Positions 15,236 through 23,107 of a stretch of 32,000 nucleotides of DNA are shown in pieces. Numbering within the stretch: position 1 is the stretch's first letter; each line of letters opens with the position of its first letter. A model generated the notes under the pieces. That model saw only the letters and a list, made by a program, of their open reading frames with translations, made no database searches and was not told the origin of the DNA. Source of the DNA: Candidatus Moraniibacteriota bacterium (GTDB lineage: Bacteria; Patescibacteriota; Minisyncoccia; CAIUEV01); the NCBI GenBank assembly GCA_016867255.1, contig VGKB01000001.1:1-32000 (forward strand). The letters are read 5' to 3'. Position numbers and translations under genes: made by a program.

Positions 15236-15264
15236 GTTTCAAGTTTCAAGTTGTGTGTTTCGTG
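15236..15264 (+). repeat. 29-nt GTTTCAAG-type dispersed element, copy C
   Basis: GTTTCAAGTTTCAAGTTGTGTGTTTCGTG is 26/29 identical to copy A. It lies in the 5' region of lexA. Confidence 0.8.
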
Positions 15265-15300
15265 ATCTGTGTTCGCTTGTTCACATAAACTTATATTTCT

Positions 15301-15329
15301 ATTAAAAATTAAAAAATTTTCCCTGTCAA
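15301..15329 (-). promoter_or_regulatory. candidate lexA promoter
   Basis: On the minus strand, TTGACA (rc of 15324-15329) is followed by a 17-nt spacer and TTTAAT (rc of 15301-15306). Confidence 0.4.
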
Positions 15330-15356
15330 ATTTTTTTCCGATCTTTCATTTTGTTG

Positions 15357-15365
15357 TGGTAAAAT
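15357..15365 (+). promoter_or_regulatory. candidate extended -10 promoter for the hydrogenase genes
   Basis: TGgTAAAAT lies about 30 nt upstream of the GTG start at 15394. Confidence 0.35.
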
Positions 15366-15393
15366 AAAGGCAGTTTATTTTTATTTATTTGCC

Positions 15394-15867
15394 GTGGCGG
15401 AAGAACAAGTTAAAAAAAGAGTGGGGATATTTTCCCTGACTTGTGATGAGGGATGCAGCATCTACCTCACCGAGATATTCAACCAAAAACTTCTCGGATG
15501 GCTTGAGAGGGCGGATCTTGTGTATTTTCTTTCCGTTAAAAACAAGACGGATTTTAGCGGCTTGGATATTGCTTTAGTGGAAGGGGTGGTTACCAGCCAA
15601 AAAGACAAAGAGGAATTGGAGAAAATTAGAAGCAACGCGAGGGTCCTGATCGCTATGGGCACTTGCGCGATGAGTGCCCTACCCTCCGGCCAGCGCAACA
15701 CCTTTACTCCGGAGCAAAAAGAGGAGATCCGGGAACACACTGAGACATACGGCTTTCTCCCCCGGGCGCTCGCGCTCAAGGAAGTGGTCAAGGTGGACGA
15801 CGAGATTCCGGGATGCCCGATTAGCGAAGAGATATTTATAAAGACTTTTGAGAGATACCTTACTTAA
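15394..15867 (+). CDS. [NiFe]-hydrogenase small subunit, minimal form with the proximal cluster only
   Basis: 157 aa with four Cys in the conserved contexts LTCDEGC, GTCA and PGCP. There is no region for medial or distal clusters. Confidence 0.8.
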   Translation: MAEEQVKKRVGIFSLTCDEGCSIYLTEIFNQKLLGWLERADLVYFLSVKNKTDFSGLDIALVEGVVTSQKDKEELEKIRSNARVLIAMGTCAMSALPSGQRNTFTPEQKEEIREHTETYGFLPRALALKEVVKVDDEIPGCPISEEIFIKTFERYLT

Positions 15868-15888
15868 TTTTAAATTTCAAATTTACCC

Positions 15889-17184
15889 ATGCACTCCTGC
15901 AACCTAGATATTGAAATTAACAAACTTTCCAAGATAGAAGGCCACGCGGATCTGGACATCAGGATTCGTAACGGCAAACTGGAAGAAGTGACGCTCAAGG
16001 TTATGGAAAATGTGCGTTTTTTCAATCAGGCGGTGCAAGGCAAGTCCTTCGCGAGCGTTCCCCAGCTGGTGTCCCGCATCTGTGGGACCTGCTCCATTGC
16101 CCATCTTACGGCCTGCATTGAAGCGGTAGAAAAAACGCTGGGCGTGGTGCCAAGCGCCCAGACAGTGCTGCTTCGCAAGCTTACTATGTACAGTTTGATG
16201 ATCCGCGACCATGCCCTGCATCTTTACTTTTTTGTTCTTCCCGATCTTTTTGGGATAGATTCCATCTTGGATCTGGCGGACGATAAAAAGGAGCTGATTC
16301 ACGAAGCGCTGCACGTTAAAGAAGCCGGCAACAATTTATCCAAGCTTGTCGCCGGCCGGGCGGTGCACGCCCCTTATGAACAGGTGGGCGGATTTTCTCA
16401 CGAGATAGACCCAAGCCGGGTGCCCATTTTAATCTCCGAACTAAAAAAAGTGCGGCCGAGCGTGCTGAAACTTATGGACATTTTCTATAATTGTTCCTGG
16501 AAGCTTGAAAGAAAAACTAACTTTGTGGCCATAGCAACACCTGATTTTTCCTTTTTGGAAGGAAAGATAAAATCTACTAGCGGATCGGTAATTGAAGAAA
16601 AGGATTATTGGGACCACCTGCACAACGTGGTACTTCCCTACTCCCAAGCCAGCGGCTTCCAATTTGAGGGGAAAGAATATATGGTGGGAGCACTGGCGCG
16701 GATGAACCTTAATAAAGAGAGTCTTCATCCCAGCACCCAAAAGGACGCGGCGAAATATCTGGCGGTTTTTCCTTCCGACAATATTTTTCACAATAATTTG
16801 GCGCAAGCGATAGAAATTTTGCATTCCCTTGACCACTCAATTGAGCTGCTCCGCTCCGGCGAATTTAAAAAAGAGGAGCCGGCGAAGCCCACGAGGCAAA
16901 GCGGTGAAGGAGTGGGCGCCATTGAGGCACCCCGCGGGACGCTCTACTATTGGATGGCAATTGACGAAGGAAGGGTCCGTTATTTAAATCTAGTAATTCC
17001 TACCGCCCAAAATTTGATCAATATGCGGGGAGACATTAAAAAAATTGTGGAGGACGCCTGCGCGTCTGGGGTTTTTCCGGATGAGCTGGAAGAAAAAATC
17101 CGCCGCGAAGCGGAGAAAATTATTCGCGCCTACGACCCTTGCATGTCCTGCGCGTCCCACTTCCTCCGGGTAAATTTGAATTAA
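15889..17184 (+). CDS. [NiFe]-hydrogenase large subunit (group 3-like by size and motifs)
   Basis: 431 aa with the N-terminal RICGTCSIAH (RxCGxC) and C-terminal DPCMSCASH (DPCxxCxxH) nickel-binding motifs, followed by a 7-aa tail. Confidence 0.9.
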   Translation: MHSCNLDIEINKLSKIEGHADLDIRIRNGKLEEVTLKVMENVRFFNQAVQGKSFASVPQLVSRICGTCSIAHLTACIEAVEKTLGVVPSAQTVLLRKLTMYSLMIRDHALHLYFFVLPDLFGIDSILDLADDKKELIHEALHVKEAGNNLSKLVAGRAVHAPYEQVGGFSHEIDPSRVPILISELKKVRPSVLKLMDIFYNCSWKLERKTNFVAIATPDFSFLEGKIKSTSGSVIEEKDYWDHLHNVVLPYSQASGFQFEGKEYMVGALARMNLNKESLHPSTQKDAAKYLAVFPSDNIFHNNLAQAIEILHSLDHSIELLRSGEFKKEEPAKPTRQSGEGVGAIEAPRGTLYYWMAIDEGRVRYLNLVIPTAQNLINMRGDIKKIVEDACASGVFPDELEEKIRREAEKIIRAYDPCMSCASHFLRVNLN

Positions 17185-17232
17185 GAAACAATAATATATC
17201 AGTATTTCAATTAAAATTTGGTCAATTCAAGT

Positions 17233-17688
17233 TTAAAATTTAAAATTTAAAATTTTTTCTGACAGTTGCTTCAGCGCCTCTTCCTCTCCCATCCCTACCG
17301 GTACCCCGAATATTATTACCTTTCTCAATTGCCCAATCTTAGCGAGTAGTTTCAAGCTAAATCCCAAATCCAGATCGTGGGCGGAATAAATTTTATTAAG
17401 CGATACTTGATCTAAATCTTTAATTACCAGAACTTTTTTCTTGCGGGTCAAGAATTTTACGTTTTGGAATTTGGACGTTAGATTTTGAACTTCGGGGTTT
17501 GGACTCCGGGCTCTTATCGTATCAATTATATAAAGCGCTTCATTTTCCGGCTTTAGGTTTTCGTTGGGGTCGGCCGCGATAAATTTTATTTTCGGAAACG
17601 CTTTCCCAAGCCGTGGCGCCAGCTTCAGGGGCAAATTATCTTCCGGCAGCAGCGGATTGCCAAAGACATAGATTTTCCTTTTATTCAT
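17233..17688 (-). CDS. hydrogenase maturation endopeptidase (HycI/FrhD-like)
   Basis: 151 aa with VFGNPLLPEDN (GN..DD-type), YIIDTI, SAHDLDL and VIIFGVPV, in the order seen in hydrogenase maturation proteases. Convergent with the large-subunit gene. Confidence 0.65.
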   Translation of the reverse strand: MNKRKIYVFGNPLLPEDNLPLKLAPRLGKAFPKIKFIAADPNENLKPENEALYIIDTIRARSPNPEVQNLTSKFQNVKFLTRKKKVLVIKDLDQVSLNKIYSAHDLDLGFSLKLLAKIGQLRKVIIFGVPVGMGEEEALKQLSEKILNFKF

Positions 17689-17731
17689 TGGCTGGTTTAT
17701 GAAATGGTGTTATTAAAACTCTGATTTGGCC

Positions 17732-17769
17732 AAAAAATAAGGGTGAAGCGCGGTTGAGCGAACACCCTT
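17732..17769 (-). terminator. rho-independent terminator after the 17820-18092 gene
   Basis: On the minus strand, AAGGGTG-N17-CACCCTT is followed by ATTTTTT. Confidence 0.6.
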
Positions 17770-17819
17770 GTGATCTTAGTGAGGTTTGGTCTGGCGGGAG
17801 AAGTAGGCGTTTAGCCAAG

Positions 17820-18092
17820 TTAGGCAGCTTTTCTGGCTGCCAAGTAACCGGCGTTGAGGACTCTCATAATCTTTCGGAGCTGATTTGGGTAGCCGGCAAC
17901 GTCGGTGACGATAGCATAGCGCTCTCCTCTCGCGGCTCTTATGGTTCTAATCTCTTGGGCTTTCTGGAAAAGCTTTCCAAGAATGCCCGGCTGGTCCGGC
18001 CAGACCAATAGCTCGAAAAAGCCCGGACCGGACTGGATCAAGTATCCTCGCAGATACGTCTCTTTAGAGAACAAAGTGCTTAGACCGCACAT
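17820..18092 (-). CDS. hypothetical cytosolic protein, possibly with an ACT-like fold
   Basis: 90 aa. AGGAGG (within GGAAAGGAGGAAGAGCC) lies 6 nt upstream of the ATG. LLVWPDQPGILGKLF loosely resembles an ACT-domain beta-alpha start. Confidence 0.6.
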   Translation of the reverse strand: MCGLSTLFSKETYLRGYLIQSGPGFFELLVWPDQPGILGKLFQKAQEIRTIRAARGERYAIVTDVAGYPNQLRKIMRVLNAGYLAARKAA

Positions 18093-18123
18093 GGCTCTTC
18101 CTCCTTTCCAAAATGCGGATTGG

Positions 18124-18576
18124 TTATTTCAGAATTTTACCGAATACTAGCGATGATAGGAATAAAATTATGGCGCTACTTATAAACCAGATTGACATTA
18201 GTTCCAGGGGCAGATTAATCAACAGAATCACAGGCAGGGTGAAAAAGATTATTCCCAGCCACAAGGCGAAACAGGTAAAATTCAAAGCCCTTTTCCAGGT
18301 GCCGGTTTCCAATTTATCTCTAATAATCTCGTAAAGCGCGGCAAGAGTTGTGCCGCTCAGGAAAGCGGATAAAATTGAGACCAGGAAAAATTCCACTCCC
18401 GGCGGGCCGGCTTGGGGCATCATTAGTTTACTCCAGACACCAAAAAGTTCCGGCATCTTGTAATAATCCATGGTAAGCATCGCTTCAATCTGGCGCACGA
18501 CAATAGCGATAATAAGGGCGATAAAGCCGCAGACCAACACTTTCTTCCACCGCACATCTTTAACCAGTTGGCACAT
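18124..18576 (-). CDS. hypothetical integral membrane protein (about 4 TM helices)
   Basis: 150-aa hydrophobic ORF, tightly spaced in the minus-strand gene string. Confidence 0.6.
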   Translation of the reverse strand: MCQLVKDVRWKKVLVCGFIALIIAIVVRQIEAMLTMDYYKMPELFGVWSKLMMPQAGPPGVEFFLVSILSAFLSGTTLAALYEIIRDKLETGTWKRALNFTCFALWLGIIFFTLPVILLINLPLELMSIWFISSAIILFLSSLVFGKILK

Positions 18577-18604
18577 GTTTTTAGAGTTTAGAATTTAGAT
18601 ATTG

Positions 18605-19192
18605 TTACTGCTGTATTGGCGCTTGCCCCGGAATCTGGTCGGCATTGCCACTGGCAACCAGAATAGCGGTTTTCCCTTCACTCGTGCCGATGGATACGGT
18701 AACTTGGCGGACGCCTTTTTTAAAACTCAAAACATCTCCGCTTTCCGCGCCCATATTAACTTCATTATCCAACTCCCAACCCCGGCTGGCCATCTCTGAT
18801 TTATACTTGGCAATTGCGTCATTTTGCGCGGCTCCGGTGTTGTAACTTATGGAATATCCTTCCGTTCCTCCCATGCCGGGCGCCTGGGCAAGCGAAAAAA
18901 CAATCTTGGCATCGTTGTAAATAAAGACATCGCTGGGGAAGTTTTCCGGCAAGGCGGCGTTGCCTTCCCCGGCAATATTCATTGTTCCCTCTTGAGTTTT
19001 AACATTTAAACTTTTGTTTTGGAGATCTAAATTTACGGCTCCGCCGGTTTGCGATTCAATGGTTTTTTCTATTGTGCCCTCGCCGATTTTTTCCCACATT
19101 TTGTCGGTGAGGTAGCAGCCGGGAAGAAAGATAGCAACCCCAATCAAGATTACCAAGGTTGCTAAATAAGTAAAGCCAAGGTTACTAAACAT
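18605..19192 (-). CDS. hypothetical exported protein, possibly a lipoprotein
   Basis: 195 aa with an N-terminal hydrophobic segment ending in FLPGC. Confidence 0.6.
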   Translation of the reverse strand: MFSNLGFTYLATLVILIGVAIFLPGCYLTDKMWEKIGEGTIEKTIESQTGGAVNLDLQNKSLNVKTQEGTMNIAGEGNAALPENFPSDVFIYNDAKIVFSLAQAPGMGGTEGYSISYNTGAAQNDAIAKYKSEMASRGWELDNEVNMGAESGDVLSFKKGVRQVTVSIGTSEGKTAILVASGNADQIPGQAPIQQ

Positions 19193-19217
19193 CTTTTTAA
19201 AATAAAGAATTAACTTT

Positions 19218-20180
19218 TTATTGTATCAGCCTTATCTTATGCGCTAGATTACAACAATTACAACCGGATCCCTCATGAAGCCCGAAAGACAAAATTATGG
19301 CAACCGGTTGAGCTTCACTGGAAGCCAGAAGGGCTTGTTCCGTCTGCGGGTCAATATAGGCATCAGGATTATCGGTCCCCCTTGGTTCACTGACAATTTT
19401 GTTCTCATTGAGACAACCCAAATTAAGGTAGGTATCCTCAACTGTGGCTTGATTGACGGTATTTCCTTCCGCGACACCCTGATGGACGCTGGCCTTGAAC
19501 TTTTCATCGGCGAACTCCAACACTTTAAAGTAAGCGATATTTTGCTCTTGCTCAAAAATGATGTCCTTTTTCGGCTGGAGAAAGCCGCAAACTACCGTAT
19601 CAAAAACATCATCGCCGAACATACTGTACTTTTCAGTCGTTTTGAGAGCAATACTTTTTCCGACTAGGTTGCATTTTGGCAAGCTGACCGCCGTCTGGGC
19701 TTTCCCTTCGGCAGAAATCTCTGTCGTAAGCGCGTTATCAACTTTTTCTTTTTCTAAATCTTGCTCCAAAGCTCCAATTTGGCTTTGCATATTGCTGATT
19801 TGTGATTCCAGGATGTCAACTTCTTTCTTGGCGGAGTCAACTTGGGAGGTTTTCCAGAGATAAATTATAATGCCGCCTATTAGCGCCGAAGCAAGGGCGG
19901 TGAGAATAATAGCGATTACCGCCGTTGATTTTCCACCTCTGGGCGAAACAGTTGTGGGAGAAGCTTGGGATCCGGAATCAAGACCAACTGGCTTGCCGCT
20001 TGCGACAGAGCCGTCCTTTTTGGTGTCAGAAAAGGGAGACCTTACTTCGTTTAGAGAAGGTTTATCCAAAAGTGCCTTAAGGTCGGTGGCAGACTTTCCC
20101 CCGTTTTTGGGATCTTTTTCCTCGGGACCGGTTTTGATTTTAATGGGATCATTGGGAGCAAGATTGATTTTGTTTTCCAT
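19218..20180 (-). CDS. hypothetical single-pass membrane protein with a coiled coil
   Basis: 320 aa with a low-complexity N-terminus, a TM helix (AVIAIILTALASALIGGIIIYLW), a coiled coil and a Cys-containing C-terminal domain. Confidence 0.6.
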   Translation of the reverse strand: MENKINLAPNDPIKIKTGPEEKDPKNGGKSATDLKALLDKPSLNEVRSPFSDTKKDGSVASGKPVGLDSGSQASPTTVSPRGGKSTAVIAIILTALASALIGGIIIYLWKTSQVDSAKKEVDILESQISNMQSQIGALEQDLEKEKVDNALTTEISAEGKAQTAVSLPKCNLVGKSIALKTTEKYSMFGDDVFDTVVCGFLQPKKDIIFEQEQNIAYFKVLEFADEKFKASVHQGVAEGNTVNQATVEDTYLNLGCLNENKIVSEPRGTDNPDAYIDPQTEQALLASSEAQPVAIILSFGLHEGSGCNCCNLAHKIRLIQ

Positions 20181-20203
20181 TGACGTTATTTATTTTTATT
20201 TTG

Positions 20204-20231
20204 TTGACTGTAAACAAATTTATCTTACAAT
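20204..20231 (+). promoter_or_regulatory. candidate promoter for the 20280 gene
   Basis: TTGACT (20204-20209) is followed by a 16-nt spacer and TACAAT (20226-20231). Confidence 0.45.
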
Positions 20232-20279
20232 GTACATAAGATAACACTTTTTTATAGAAATAAAAAATAAAATAAAGAA

Positions 20280-21275
20280 ATGCTAAGAAAAAAACAAAAT
20301 CCGGGGACAAAGCTGCGTCTAGCTTCTACGCCGGCGGTCGTTTCGCCTAAAAAGACCTCCAAACTGCTTATTGCAGTTGTGATTTTGATAGTACTTCTTA
20401 TCCTTTGGTTTTTTTGGTCAATGCTGCGCTTCTTTCTTCCCGTCGGAATGGTAACACTACCTTTCTTTTCCATGATGGGCGATAAGGCGAGCGAGATAAA
20501 CATTCCCGGACTGTCCGGCCTCAAAGCCCCGGCCGATTACCAGATTTCCCAGGTGGACGATTATCCGGTGAGCATGTCAGTGACTGTTCCCTTTTTTAAT
20601 TTGACTTCCCGGGGAAATTTTAATATTGTCTCCCAGGGTTTGCCGGTTTCTTTGGCTCGCCCGGGCGATCCGGACTGGAAAACTGAATGGCGAGTTTACC
20701 AAGATATTGTTTATGATGCTGATCTTGAAGGAGGAGTGTATATGGAAGAGAGGCAGGGCGCCAGGTATTTTCTAGTGGATATTCCCGGCAGGGGCATCAA
20801 AGCCAGAAGCAGCGGCCAGACGGTACTTTCTTTTTCTCTTTCTGGAGTGAAAGAAAGCGGTACCTTTCCGGTAAAGATAGAGTATTCGGATGCGAACGCT
20901 CAGATGGAAAGCGCCCAGCAAGACACCAGGTTTATCAATCGTGATCCTGAAGGGGGAACCAACTGGAATATTCGGGGAGAAGTTGATTACAATAAAACGG
21001 ATACTTATGCAGGAAAGACAGTCTCGGCTACCGGAAAGTTAATCAAAGACAACGGGAAGACCGGCGCTGAAATAACCTTAGGGACGATGGATATGCCCCA
21101 GGCCTACAAGGATGCGGCTCTCAAAGCTCGGGATATTGCCCGCCAGTACAACGCTCCCGGCGGATTGCAGAATCTTTACGACGATTCCGGCCGCATTAAC
21201 AATCAAAGCGGCATCGCTTCTATGGATTCGGTTTCCGAAAAACCGTTGCGGATATTTTTGAACTCCGGCGAATAA
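20280..21275 (+). CDS. hypothetical membrane-anchored extracytoplasmic protein
   Basis: 331-aa ORF with an N-terminal TM region. No family recognised. Confidence 0.6.
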   Translation: MLRKKQNPGTKLRLASTPAVVSPKKTSKLLIAVVILIVLLILWFFWSMLRFFLPVGMVTLPFFSMMGDKASEINIPGLSGLKAPADYQISQVDDYPVSMSVTVPFFNLTSRGNFNIVSQGLPVSLARPGDPDWKTEWRVYQDIVYDADLEGGVYMEERQGARYFLVDIPGRGIKARSSGQTVLSFSLSGVKESGTFPVKIEYSDANAQMESAQQDTRFINRDPEGGTNWNIRGEVDYNKTDTYAGKTVSATGKLIKDNGKTGAEITLGTMDMPQAYKDAALKARDIARQYNAPGGLQNLYDDSGRINNQSGIASMDSVSEKPLRIFLNSGE

Positions 21276-21318
21276 TAAAGGCCGAGGACTGTAATGTCCC
21301 GGCCCAAATGTTGACGAT

Positions 21319-21735
21319 TCAGGAATCTTCTCCGCCAAATGGCGGGTAAATTCTGCTGGCCTCGGCCATTTTCATGAGAAAAGCCAGATATTCCTGAAAC
21401 CATTGCTCCCCTCTTCTTTTGGGAGCTTTTGTTAAACAGCCGATTTGCTCCGCAAGCCCCAGAAAGAATTCCTCGCGGGACATTGAAAGGAGTTGTTCGG
21501 GTTTTTGGAGCGCCTCTTCCGGCCGCAAAGATCCGTTTTTGTAGCTCTCCCAAAGTGCGATAAAAGTGGGATCAATGGTTCTGGCCGGGGAAATGCCGTA
21601 TTTCTCCAAAAGCCCCGGCAGGTCGTATTTAGGAAACCCTTCCCGTTTCCATCCCAAGGCGACCTGCTCCAGAATTTTTGTTAAATCGGCGCCGTTTCCG
21701 GCAATCCTGCTTTCAGGCGACCAGTTTTGCGGCAT
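21319..21735 (-). CDS. hypothetical protein
   Basis: 138-aa ORF with a GGGGGGAGAG purine tract immediately upstream of the ATG. Confidence 0.55.
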   Translation of the reverse strand: MPQNWSPESRIAGNGADLTKILEQVALGWKREGFPKYDLPGLLEKYGISPARTIDPTFIALWESYKNGSLRPEEALQKPEQLLSMSREEFFLGLAEQIGCLTKAPKRRGEQWFQEYLAFLMKMAEASRIYPPFGGEDS

Positions 21736-21862
21736 CTCTCCCCCCTTGTGCGAATAGGCGAAAGACTATGGTTATTTCTCCAGAAAACAGGACCAATTTA
21801 TTCTTGGAAGGTACTCTGTTGGTTGTTAGCGCGCAGCCGGAAGCAGCTTCGCGCTTCGCAAG

Positions 21863-22423
21863 CTATCTAATCCTAACCGCGCTTGTCTTGGTTACCTCTC
21901 CCTTGCCGGAAATCGTTAGAGTGAGAGGAAAAGTGCCTTTGTCTTCAAAATAGCTCATCGGGAAGACGCAATATGCGGCCTTGCCGTTTTTACTTACCCC
22001 GACTTTAGTGGCTTGCTCATACCCCAAGGTGCATTGGAGGGTCTGGCCGGAACCAGGCTTTAAGTTTTTACCCTGCACCTTGACCCGGAAATTATTTTTA
22101 TTTGCATTGTAACGGATCACTTTTGACTTTGTTCCGATCTTTCTGATGCTCATTGCTTTTACTTTACTTCCTTTGGTTACTGCGCGGTAGTAGCTCCAGT
22201 GACTGGCGTCAAAAGTTAATGTTCCGGCGTTCTGATTATACGAGATATTGCTCACGTCACTGCTGGTGGCTAGTTGCCCGTTGACGTAAATGTCAGGGAT
22301 TTCTGTGAAGTTCAACCCGTACATTGTCAGCTGGGCGCCGTAATTTTGGAAGTCAGTTGCCATGGAAGCATTCAAACTAATATAACCATCCTGCATCTTT
22401 ACCATAGAATCAAAATTGCTCAT
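21863..22423 (-). CDS. hypothetical protein with a beta-rich, possibly Ig/IPT-like C-terminus
   Basis: 186-aa ORF with no signal peptide and no clear RBS. Confidence 0.45.
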   Translation of the reverse strand: MSNFDSMVKMQDGYISLNASMATDFQNYGAQLTMYGLNFTEIPDIYVNGQLATSSDVSNISYNQNAGTLTFDASHWSYYRAVTKGSKVKAMSIRKIGTKSKVIRYNANKNNFRVKVQGKNLKPGSGQTLQCTLGYEQATKVGVSKNGKAAYCVFPMSYFEDKGTFPLTLTISGKGEVTKTSAVRIR

Positions 22424-22509
22424 AAAGCGGAAGAAACGGTAAGTTAAGAAATCAATAGTTTCGGTAAAAGCAATCCTTCCTTCCCCGGCTTTCTGAAAGT
22501 AGAGCCCGC

Positions 22510-22935
22510 TTACGCCGTGCCAGTTGGAGCATCAAACAAGCTGGAGGTTACTCCTTCCCGCGCCATGTCGGTTTGCATTTCGGTAGGCATTTGAGCCAGC
22601 GAAGTGCACATTTGGCCAAAGCCCTGCGCCATTTCTTCCGCAGTCGGTCCGCCGCCTTCCCATTCTCCACCTTGGGGGCTACCCTCATCCATCAATTCAT
22701 CGCGGTGGGTGTTGATGTAATTAGTTAAGGTCCCATCCGCCGCCATCGCGTTGATTTTGTTTTGGCAGGCGGTAGTGTCAGTAGGCGTGCTCATAACGCT
22801 TAACACTTGCCAAAAAATGTCGTCTTCGTCGGGAAGCGCTCGGTCACTAGGTCCGGCTTTAACTACATCGGGTTGGCTTAACGCAAGTACGGCAAACGCT
22901 GCGGCGCCAAGCAAGAATCTGTTTTTTGCTTTCAT
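22510..22935 (-). CDS. hypothetical secreted protein
   Basis: 141 aa with the signal-peptide-like N-terminus MKAKNRFLLGAAAFAVLALS. Confidence 0.55.
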   Translation of the reverse strand: MKAKNRFLLGAAAFAVLALSQPDVVKAGPSDRALPDEDDIFWQVLSVMSTPTDTTACQNKINAMAADGTLTNYINTHRDELMDEGSPQGGEWEGGGPTAEEMAQGFGQMCTSLAQMPTEMQTDMAREGVTSSLFDAPTGTA

Positions 22936-23107
22936 TTTTTTGTTTAGTTTAATATTTTGATATTTTTATTTTAGCCAAATATTCCTTTTGCGTTTTTACA
23001 AGTTAAATTATGCCTTTATTATAAAAAACGTCAAGCTCTTTAACTGTGCCGACTAACCGATGGAGTTTAAAAGGCGCTTAAAATAACAGAAGCTCAAGGA
23101 GGGGAAA

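Noticed and set aside
17233-17262. TTTAAAA heptad tandem (tttaaaatttaaaatttaaaat) as a possible repeat array
   Set aside because: It encodes the C-terminal residues (..ILNFKF) of the maturation protease and its stop region. It is AT-rich and low-complexity, not a CRISPR-like or regulatory array.
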